Origin: the human T2T-CHM13v2.0 reference genome, Homo sapiens
DNA length: 64,000 bases
Assembly: GCF_009914755.1 (NCBI RefSeq)
Contig: NC_060937.1
Direction: 5' to 3' (one strand)
The translations under genes and the position numbers were made by a program. Below the pieces are notes generated by a model. The model was not told the DNA's origin and did no database searches. It saw only the letters and a list, made by a program, of their open reading frames with translations. Below, in pieces: positions 53,933 to 64,000 of this stretch (the first letter of the stretch is position 1; every line of letters begins with the position of its first letter).

Positions 53933-54264
53933 TGTCTGAGTCAGCTCAGGCTGCCATCAGAAAGGACAATAGACCAAGTGGCTTACACAGCAAACATTTA
54001 TTTGTCCTAGTCCTGGAGGCTAGAAATCTGAGATCTGGGTGCCAACATGGCTGATCTCCGGTGAGGACTCTCTTCCAGATTGCAGGCTGCCATCTTCACA
54101 TTCTGTCCCCACGTGGCCAAAAGAGAGTGCGAGAGCTCTCCCGAGCCTGCTTCCTAAGGGCAAGGATCCCATTCATGATGGGATCCGCCTCTTAATATCA
54201 TGTATTGGGGGTTAGGATTTCAACACATGAATTTGGGGGGGAAACAAATATTCAATCCATAATA
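53933..54264 (-). mobile_element. MLT1A/A0 solo LTR (ERVL-MaLR)
   Basis: tgtctgagtcagctcaggctgccat...gtcctggaggctagaaatctgagatc...gggggttaggatttcaacacatgaattt. 5-bp TSD ctagg/ccagg. Confidence 0.9.
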
Positions 54265-55338
54265 CCAGGGATCCCTGTTTCATCTAAAATGCCGTATAAT
54301 GAAAACTCAACTCACAAGTATTATTCATGGAATTGTTGGTTAAGTAGAAGGCATAGATAACTCTGAGGTATTCCTCAATCAGCCCTCGAGCCAAGATGAG
54401 TGGGAGATTTCACCAGTGAAAGCCATATTAAGTTGAATCAATGAGATCTAGAGTCCAAGTCCTGGATGGTACATAACTTATTTTGTAGGGACTAAGGCCA
54501 TTCGAAATGGCTTCCTGTTCTTGTCTAGGTAGATGAACAAAGTACTCCAGAAGTCTTTTCTTAGTTTACTCTTCAATCCCTAGGGTTCACAATGTCATGT
54601 TATACTTTCATAAAAGAAGGAGGCATGCTTTACTGCTGATGTGTGTGGTGTGGGTAGGAAATCATTCTTGCCTTCTAGACAGTCTTGGTTTAGGAGAAAA
54701 AGCTGAGTCTTGATCCACTTAGATGGCAAGCACAGTGAATTAGAGAGATTTCTGCATAAAGAGAATATTTCTGAAGTCCTTTTTTCATGCAATAATAATC
54801 TCTTATGTGGTATATTACAGCAGGATTCTAGTTTTACTAGAATTCTTACACTGAGATTCTGAGACTATTCTGTAATACTTCCTTCTAGGATCATTAGTGA
54901 TGGAGAGGGCAATCTTTAAGACTACTTGTTTCTTAAAATTACAGGTGAGGATTACAAATCAGCAAACCTCTCCAAATAATGAAATACTCATCACCTTTTC
55001 TTTATGCCTTATAAGCTCTCGCAGTTTAAATGAGTTAGCAAGGCTCTCATGTACGTCCACACAGGTCGTGGTTGCACTAATCCAGGGAGCACCATCATAT
55101 AGACATCAATTGCAAACGGTACCTCTGGTGGTTGTTCGTTGCACAGTCTGTACTGACATCAATAATAGCACTGTTTTTTGGCATCTGTCACCCTTATGGA
55201 GTAGAGACCATAGATTTTGGAACATCTATTTTCTAACAAAGGCACCTAGCCCATGACAGCACTCGCAGTTCACCCTTATCTCCCTGCCCCACGCTAATGT
55301 CCAAGACTGGCCAATTAACTGATCACCTGTAACCTCTG

Positions 55339-55845
55339 TGTTGAGTCAGACTTTCAGAGTCACCTTCCCTTTGCTTCCCTTTGTCCCTCCTGATGTATTC
55401 TTAGGCCTTGTCTTTCATGACCAGGAGGCTGGCCTGTCAGACTGCATCCCCTGTGCTCCTCTGGTGTTTGGCTTCTGGCTGGGTTTAGTCAAACAGAAAC
55501 ACTGGCAGGCGAATGGGGAACAGATGAGAGAGTTTGGGGTATTCACTTCTGCTGCGCTTTCGCCAGGCTGTCGTTTTGGTAGTGATGTGCCTTCTCAAGC
55601 TGTCATCACAGTTCCTACAGGGCAGCCCCTTTCCAGGGCTACAGCCCTTGCACGACTTGAAACATTACCTTCTCCCCTTCCCTGACGGTCCCAGGTGGCA
55701 GTGGCTTTCTACTGACATTGTCCCTAGATCCCTCACCATCCCTTGCTGCTTCTTTTACAACTACAAATAGGACATTTCTAAAGCTCCTCAGTCTCCCCTT
55801 TGAGAGTGGGGCTGTCTGTTTTGTTCTGGAGTCACGACTGATACA
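55339..55845 (+). mobile_element. LTR33-like solo LTR (ERVL)
   Basis: ggaggctggcctgtcagactgcatc...tggcttctggctgggttt...ctgataca. 5-bp TSD ctctg/atctg. Confidence 0.75.
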
Positions 55846-56724
55846 ATCTGCTGTTTCCTTTTGCTTCTTCTTACCCCCGACATCCTGGATGTTGATCTCA
55901 CCAAAATCAGATCTCCTATCATAATTTCCCTTTGGGTATCCTGGCCATTGTCTATTGCCCTCTGAGCCAGCTTTATGACCAAATTAGTCCTCCTTACTCC
56001 ACAGTTACTCACACTTTAAAACCTTTAAAACGTTTGAAGTGGGGGTTTTAGAACATTCTCCACTGCTATGATTTCCGCACATTTGCTACCAAGGTCTCCA
56101 AAGATTTAGATCAATTCTTGTTAGTACTTCATCAAAGTCTTTTACTAGAGTGTAAACTCCATGAATGGAGAGATTGTAAACGCATCTTCGTGTTCTCCAT
56201 AGTACTTAGAAGAAAGCTTTTTATGTTAAGATTGCTCACTAGATTTTCATTGGTGTAAGTGGCATTTGGGCACAGTACTGACAAATATGGTGCATCCGAC
56301 ATTAGACGTTATGATATGCATCTTTAAAAAATATTGATTCAAATGGAATTATACTACATACACTTGCTTGTCTGCACCCATTTTCATTTAACAATATACG
56401 TATGTATCTGAAAGCTGTCCATATCATTATGGAATTATTGGTCTTTTTATTATTTTATTAATCTTTGTTTGAAATGTGATATTTTATATATAGTTTTTGA
56501 AAATCTATCTTTAATAATAAAGAATTTCAGCATACAGAAAGAGCTGAGAATAAGATAAGAAACTTTCATCCAGATTATAAGTAGAAACATTTTGACCCTT
56601 TTGATTCACATCTCTTTCTTTTTGAATAAAGGAAAAGACATTTGCCATGCTCTTTGTACCCTTCCCCATCCCACTCCTTGCTTCCTTTTCTCCCTTCTTC
56701 CTCCCTCTCCAGAAATATTCACTG

Positions 56725-58014
56725 CAGTAGTTCCCCTTATCCATAGTTTTGCTTTCTGCAGTTTCAGTTACCTGCAGTAAGCCTCAGCCTGAAAATATTA
56801 AATAAAAATTCTAGAAATAAATAATTCATAAGTATTAATTCACTCACATTTCTGAGTAGTGTGATGTAATCTTGTGCCACCCGGATGTAAATCATTCCTT
56901 TGCCCAGTAGACTCACTTAGTAGCTGTCTTGGTCATCATATCAACTGTTTCAGTATCCCAGGGCTTATGTTCAATGGCCCCAAGCTCAAGAGTAGTGATG
57001 CTGGCATATCATCATGATTGTTCTATTTTATTATAAGTTATTGTTGATCTCTTACTGTGCCTAATTTATAAATCAAAGTTTAACACAGGTATGTATGCAC
57101 AGAAAAACACATAGTGTGTATAGGGTTCGGTAGCGATAGGGACAGAAGGCAGGGAAATTCTGGGCAGAAGAGGGTAGGTCCCCAGCGAGAGCCCCACCCT
57201 CAAGCCTGGAGCTGTGGCCCAAAGTGAGAACATTCATCCTTGTTTTCCTGTTCAAATGTTGCCTTTTCAAGAACCACCCATGGCCCGCCCCATCCCCTTT
57301 CCTGTGCCCATAAAAACTCCAGGCTGAACTGGCAGAGAGAGGAGATGTAGCTGGATGTCGGAGACTATGGTTAGACATTGGAGAAAAGTGGCTTAACTTC
57401 AGAGGGATGGCTTGACAGCATATCTTTAAAGGGAAGTCTGGCTGCAGATGGCCCGACTTCAGGGAAGATTACTTTCTCGCTCCATCCCCTTTTCAGCTCC
57501 CCTTCCCACTGAGAGCCACTTTAATCACAATAAAAACCCCCACATTTACTGTCTTCAAGTTGTTTGTGCAACTTCATTCCTCCTGGATGCACGACAAGAA
57601 CTCAGGTGCTGGTGCAAAATGCAAAAGGCTGTCACACTGACCCTCCACTGAGCTGTTAATACATAAACCATCTGCAGATGGCAAAGCTACAAGGGCAGTG
57701 TAACACTTTTTCTGGGGCTTCAAGGGTTGTGGGCACCCTCCCCTAGATGCTGTTGCAGGGCTGGCATGGAGTTCACTCTTGCTGGCATCCAAAAGTGCTC
57801 GCCCCAGCTCTTGCACTTGCTCCCCTGCACTCCGCCTCCTGTGAGAGGTGAAGCAGCGAGTTAGTGGAGTTTGCCCCTGCTGGTGCCTGTGCACTCCAGA
57901 TCCTGCCTGTGAAGGGGTCAGGGAAATTTCCTACTTCAGTACTATCCACGATTTTAGGCATCCACTGGGGGTCTTGGAACATATCCCCCACTGATAAGGA
58001 AGGGGGGACAACTG
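56725..58014. mobile_element. MER44B-like (Tigger7-derived) DNA transposon split by an LTR
   Basis: TIRs cagtagttccccttatc and gataagg...ggggacaactg. Internal tagggttcggta|gtactatccacgattttaggcatccactgggggtcttggaac resumes after the LTR. Confidence 0.85.
57134..57938 (+). mobile_element. ERV1 solo LTR (LTR27/LTR28/MER52 group)
   Basis: (c)gatagggacagaaggcagggaaattctgggcagaagaggg...cccataaaaac...caataaaa...gggaaatttcctacttca. 4-bp TSD gtag/gtac. Confidence 0.85.
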
Positions 58015-59489
58015 CATTCTGAAGTTAGTGGAATCCTTCTCACTCATGAACTTATACTCATCCTACGTACCAATATGTCCACACACAGTACAACAGTGCT
58101 ATTTTTGTTTTTAAAATGATCACAAACTCTATTGTCAACTCTTTTTTAACAGTTTTAAACATTTTATTTGTTAATACTTTAAAATTTAAAGAAAAGTTAC
58201 ATGAATAGTATAATTCTCTTATATACTTAATCTAGACTCACTGATTTTTAATATTTTGCCACATGAATTTATCATTTCCTTTCATATACACTCATACACA
58301 CATGTTCATCCCCCCATATGCAATTTTTGAAGCTTTTGAGAATAGATTATATACATTATGTCCCTTGACCTTACTGTTTATTTTGTAATGTACAAGAATA
58401 AGTGTCTTATCAAATTTAGAAAATTTAGTATTGATATATTTTTTCTAATCTACTGTTTCTATACCAACATTTGTCCCAACAATGTCTCTTATAACAGCTT
58501 TTGCTAAGACTCAGTGTAGCCCAAGATTATGCACCAAATTTAATAATCATATCTCTTTATCTGGAATATTCCTCGGTTATTTGTTGTCTTTTATTATGTT
58601 TGCATTTTTTTTAAGCACGTAGGTCACTCATTTCATCAGAAGTCTCTAAATTGGAATTCTCTTGAATTTCCTTATGATTATATTCAGCTTTTTGTCTGCA
58701 ATACCATTTGTTATGATTACTAATAGATCAAGACTTCGGTGTATCTATTTTTATATACCAAACCTTTTCTTTGATTTTTGTTTTATTATTTAACATTCTT
58801 TATTGGATAATTGGATTTACATCATTCCTCTTTTTATCTGTATTGGTATAGACTTTCCCTTTGTATTCTTTTAGTAGTTACCTTTGAATTTTAAATGTAA
58901 TGCAACTTAAAGACTTCACATCTTAATATTGCTGTCTCGTATTCTTATTCTTTTAACAAATGCCTTTAACTTAGTCATTTGCAGGGTAAAATACATAATG
59001 TGCACTCCTAATGTTTTCTTTGAGGGCAGGAACATAGACTTGTCACAGCTTTGGCCTGTCTTCACCCCTTTATCTGTCCATCCCAGGTGCGGAGGCAACG
59101 CTTTCCTCACGGATGAGCTCTGGAGAGGAAGTGAGCACAGAAAGCAGTTTCTTCCCTTCTTCTTTCTCATTGGGAGCTGGCTGCTCCTCCGCGTTTATTT
59201 ACATGGGAAGCAGTGCTTGTCGCCGTGAATGAGTACAATTCTGCGGTTCAGTATGAAGAAGCCCACTGTTGCCACTATCTTACTTTCTCAAATATCAGCT
59301 TGTTAAGCAAGGAAGGCAATATTTGATATTCGATTGCTAATGCTTTTGTCTTATTTGTTAACAAGTTCAATAGTTAGGTGCAAGAGGTGCACATAATTTA
59401 CTGAGCATCCTCCAACCCCACTTAATAGTCATTATTATTATCTTTACTAACCATAGTAACTTACTAACTTACTTTGATATATGAACATG

Positions 59490-59796
<307 letters not shown>

Positions 59797-59851
59797 TGTT
59801 TTCTTTGTTTTATTACTATTATTTTGCTTCTTTTTGCTTTTTAAATCCTAA

Positions 59852-60245
59852 TGATGGCAGCAGCTGCCCATCTAGAGCCATGGCTGCCAAGACACAGGCT
59901 TCAGGGGGGATGCATGCCTGGGGCTATAATGCTCCATGGTGCAAGCAGTGGCCCTGCCCCTCTGGGCTGCGCCTCCCGCTCCGGGTGACACAGCAGCCGC
60001 CCTGCCATGGCTCCAGACACCGTCATCTCTGTGCTCTTGCGGGGCCAGGAAGACTCCTCCCCGCCACAAATCCCTGCAGGCTCAGAAGTGCCTGCTGCCG
60101 CTGCCTGGCTTTTCCCTGCTGTTGCTGTTGGTGCCTGCTCCAGTCTCAAAGGCACCCCCAGGGCTGCATGCTCTGTAGAGAGCCAGCGACTGCCAGGGTA
60201 CAAGTGGGAGCCCCGCCCCTTCAGAGTTGGTGGGGCTGGCCCTTC
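59852..60245. mobile_element. MER52-family LTR fragment (GC-rich)
   Basis: Begins tgatggcagcagctgcccatctagagcc...; contains gcaggctcagaagtgcctgct and caagtgggagccccgcccctt, typical of MER52. Confidence 0.75.
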
Positions 60246-60431
60246 CCTAGTGCAGCTTTAATCATCCTCCCAGGCCCAGGAAGCAGAGGAATAGTTTGTG
60301 AAAAAGCAAGAATGTCATTACTAGGTAGCTCAAGGTCGCTGCACCATTGGTGCGTAGGCAAGGGTGGGGAGTGGGGTGAGGAAAGAAACATGGAAGGGCA
60401 GAGGTCAGATTATGTGGGAATTGATATGGGC

Positions 60432-60725
60432 TTTTTGTTTGTTTGTCCCACACTGTTGCCCAGCCTGGAGTGCAGTGGCGCCATTTCGGCTCAATGCAAA
60501 CTCTGCCTCCTGGGTTCAGGTGGTTCTCCTGCCTCAGCCTCCCTGAATAGCCAGTAGCTGGGATTATGGGCATGCACCACCATGCCCAGCTATTTTTTGT
60601 ATTTTTAGTAGAGACGGGGTTTCACCTTGTTGGCCAGGCTGGTCCCGAACTCCTGACCTCGAGTGATCACCCACCTCAGCCTCCCAAAGTGTTAGAATTA
60701 CAGCCATGAGCCACTGCACCTGGCC
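60432..60725 (-). mobile_element. AluS (Sx/Sz-like), 3' end eroded
   Basis: Reverse Alu body from ctgttgcccagcctggagtgcagtggcg to gccactgcacctggcc. Confidence 0.93.
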
Positions 60726-62589
60726 TAATATGTTATATAAGGATTATGGAGTCTATCCTGAAAAGGGTGAGGAACAACTGGAGTATTTCAGGTAGAGGGT
60801 AAAATGATGAGGTTGCAATTTAGGAAATGTAAGCAATCAGAATATCATGGCGGAGGTGAGGCAGCACTTGAAGTAGGGTGTGGGTGGGGAATCCATCATA
60901 ATACTCCAAGTCTGAGACAACAGGAATGGAAGTGTGAGGAATAAAGAAAACAGCAGAGTGGTGTTTTAAAGATTGAGAGACATGACTGTGTAGTCAGTTC
61001 ACAATAAATGTGGCAAAACGGATCAGTGGGATAATTAGAATTATGAAATCATTCATGCAGAACTGATTTTGTGACACCATGTGTATTTCGTTTTGATTCA
61101 CTGATAGCCTGAGTTGGAGCTGAACCTATTTGAGTTTTGTAGCTATAGTACATTGGTTTCTGTCTGTGTAGCTGCTTACATTATTTGGGTAATTTTTTAA
61201 TCTTAGGATGTTGGAATGGAGGTCAAACTTTATTCTTTGTGGCATATGTCCTATGTGCAGGATTCTTAATCTCTATCCCTAATCTTTACAATACCCTCTA
61301 TAGTATATGCCAAGAAATGTAACCAGAGGCCTTTATGGTCTAGGAATTTCATTTTTTTTATTATGTCGTATGAGAACCTATAATTACAAAATATCTTTTA
61401 TATCACTAACTTCTGAATTAAGAACTTAGTAAAAAGTTAAAATATAAGTTCCACTCACATAGAGCAAACATTCTCATGAATGGCACTTAAGATTTTATTT
61501 CTTTTATTTGTTTCTAGCTTTTGAATTGTATCAATAGCCTTAGGCTTGTTTAATAATATGCATACATAGCTGTATAATATAGAACAATTAGAATGGGCTT
61601 CAGGTTCTTGAAAGCACTTAGAGACACAGACAGCCACAGAATGAATCCATGGGCTGTTCTACTCTTCATTTTCCATCAAGCTTGTTGACCTTAGTCTTTT
61701 GACATAATGTATTGTGGCTAAGGTTTCGGACACTTGAACTTCTCTAATCATAAAATCGTGGAGATGGTTTAGTTCTCATCACTTTTATCTAAACATGATA
61801 TAATACATGGGAAGGTTTTTTGATCTTTTTATCACTCCGTGTGTAGAAACAGCTAAGTGTTTGCAGACCACTGTCTTCTTTCTTAGGGTAGATGTTCAGC
61901 CTTCTCCGCTGTGCCAAGGACATGAATAGGTATATAGAGTCCTATGCACAAAGCTGCTTTCTTAACTTTAAATATTTTTCAAAATCTATCTTCTTCATAT
62001 TGCAAAAAAAATCAAATGTGGTAGAAATTCCTGATTTCTCCAAACACTGACAATTTTATTAGACTTTTTACCACATCAAAATTGAAAAATGATACTTAAG
62101 AGAAAGGAAACAGCCATTCATTCATTGCTCACGTCTTCATTGCGTGTTAACTCTGGACAGTGATGTTCTCAGCTTTGGGGAAATAAGGATAAAAACGTGT
62201 CACTTCTGCCTTTAAGGATTTTGATGTCTACTGGGAGAGAAAAACGTTGCTTAACTGGAGCATAGTAAGTACTACAGAAGAGGCAGAAAAAAGGGAAAGT
62301 AGGAGCAACGGTTAGGACTAAAATTAAAATGTTGAGAACAAATTATATCAAGTTATAAGTTACGCGCATGTGATGACAGCATAAATTATATTAGATAAGG
62401 GCTATAGACACTATTATCATTTGATAATAAATGGGGATGTTGGCTCATTTCAGAAAGCCTTTGGGATATGATACACTGATACGTTAATACCAATAGTAAT
62501 AAGAATAAAATTATTAATTGTGGGAAGCTATTATGGGCCAGGCACTTTTATGGATGTGTTACATGTGATCCAAGAAATAAAACCACATG

Positions 62590-62790
62590 TAGAGCATTGT
62601 GGCTCATGAAAAGGATGTGGAATCAGATGTCCTAGGTTCAAATCCCAGTTCTATCCAAATTGCCCATTTGGCCATATTCAAGTTACCTTTCTCCAAGGGT
62701 TTTTTTTCCCATGGAGAGAATGTCAATAACTTACTCGTTCAAGGGTAATTATGAGAAAATGAGTTAATTGATTTAACACAGTGAATTAAC
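62590..62790 (+). mobile_element. MIR
   Basis: ggaatcagatgtcctaggttcaaatcccagttct...caagttacc. Confidence 0.7.
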
Positions 62791-62809
62791 ATTAACAAGG
62801 TGTGTTATT

Positions 62810-62810
<1 letters not shown>

Positions 62811-62841
<31 letters not shown>

Positions 62842-63115
62842 TATTATTACTTGAGACAGAATCTTGATCTGTCACCCAGGCTGGAGTGCAGTGCAACCTC
62901 TGCCTTCCGGGTTCAAGCGATTCTCCTGCCTCAGCCTCCCGAGTAGCTGGGATTATAGGCGCCCGCCACCACGCCTGGCTAATTTTTTTATTTTTAGTAG
63001 AGACAAGGTTTCACCATGTTGGCCAGGCTGGTCTTGAACTCCTGACCTCAAGTAATCCACCTGCTTCAGCCTCTCGAAGTGCTAGGATTACAGGCGTGAG
63101 CCACAGCGCCTGGCC
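62811..63115 (-). mobile_element. AluS (Sx/Sz-like) with (TCA)10(TTA)3 tail and ~19-bp internal deletion
   Basis: Reverse Alu. ggagtgcagtg|caacctc shows loss between cagtg/cactg microhomologies. Confidence 0.94.
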
Positions 63116-63181
63116 TATTTTTTATTTTTATTTTTTTGTTGTTGTTGTTGAGACCGAGTCTCGCTCTGTCTCCCACTGGCC
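63116..63181 (-). mobile_element. Collapsed Alu remnant (tail, ~26 nt of 3' end, 6 nt resembling the 5' end)
   Basis: T-rich tail, gagaccgagtctcgctctgtctccca, then ctggcc. Confidence 0.75.
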
Positions 63182-63317
63182 TATTATTTTTTTGACACTT
63201 GAAACATCTCTGATTTAGAGTTCATGTAACTTTCCAAATACCACAGGCATGGTTAGCCCAAAACAGGTTCGGCACACATTTGCGTTCTCCAAAGCCTGTG
63301 TTCTTTTAACCCTGTAC

Positions 63318-63440
63318 TGTGTGTGTGTGTCTGTGTATATACTATTTTATATGTATAAAATATATTTATATATGTATATTTATATATATTTATATATATG
63401 AAATAGTATCTATATATTTATGATGTATATCATATATACA
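63318..63440. repeat. (TG)n plus TA-rich low-complexity tract
   Basis: Read directly. Confidence 0.85.
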
Positions 63441-64000
63441 TCTTAAAAACTTCCAACCTCAACTACCATGATATTTAGAAATAAAAGGTGACTTCCTCTT
63501 TTTAGATTACAACTTTGTCTGTGCTTCTAATATGACTAAGTTTAGCATTAATTAAATGACATAATTTTATGTAGTATTAAAAGTTGGCATGTCTAAATTA
63601 TTCCGTTTAATTGATATCAGATTAGAATTTGAAAACTTTATGCTACAATTTAGATGTATAAATATTGATCCACTCAGACATAAAAAAGTTCTCTTTATTA
63701 CCAGCTGCATGAGTGATGCTATCTTTAATTTTACTAGTTGTGGAACAATTTGGAGAATGTGATATTATAGCTGAATAGTGAAACTAATATTTAAGTAATG
63801 CTGACACAGCAAAATCAAAACAAAACAAGTCTCTATGTTATTCTCTTTGCTGTCATCATTAAAATCAGTACATTAATAAGGGAGAACTTGGCAGCTGGGG
63901 CAGCAGGCAGGTTGGCAGCCACAAGGGGGTGTTCCTCATGCTGCAAAGTTTACAAATTTTTTTTCCAACTACATATGCCTCATTTTTCTTGGAATTCTGT

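Larger units (their letters stand above)
56300..58960 (-). mobile_element. Ancient L1M-type 3' fragments, interrupted by MER44 and an LTR
   Basis: AT-rich L1M antisense motifs (aatttcagcatacagaaagagctgagaataa; aaatttaaagaaaagttacatgaatagta). Subfamily and limits uncertain. Confidence 0.55.

Overview
Primate, human-like genomic DNA: intronic or intergenic euchromatin rich in Alu, L2, MIR, MaLR/ERV LTRs and hAT/Tigger DNA-transposon fossils. I can support no protein-coding exon, RNA gene or CRISPR-like array. The longer ORFs in the track are repeat-derived, low-complexity or unremarkable. I cannot name the locus and find no evidence of a new gene-encoded system. The most informative structures are: (i) a provirus collapsed to about 1 kb (47018-48051, minus strand) that keeps its 5' LTR, a degenerate tRNA-Pro primer-binding site, a strong splice donor, the last 28 bp of the 3' LTR and a matching ATAA TSD; (ii) a 137-bp templated local duplication with a 12-bp flanking repeat and junction microhomology (38145-38639); (iii) tandem Alus with a triplicated target site, and two internally collapsed Alus; (iv) repeat-poor, motif-dense enhancer candidates (about 5.2-7.0 kb, 27.9-28.6 kb, 34.15 kb) and some candidate non-coding exons. 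Repeat family names come from my recall of consensus sequences, not from a RepeatMasker run, and boundaries of old repeats are approximate.
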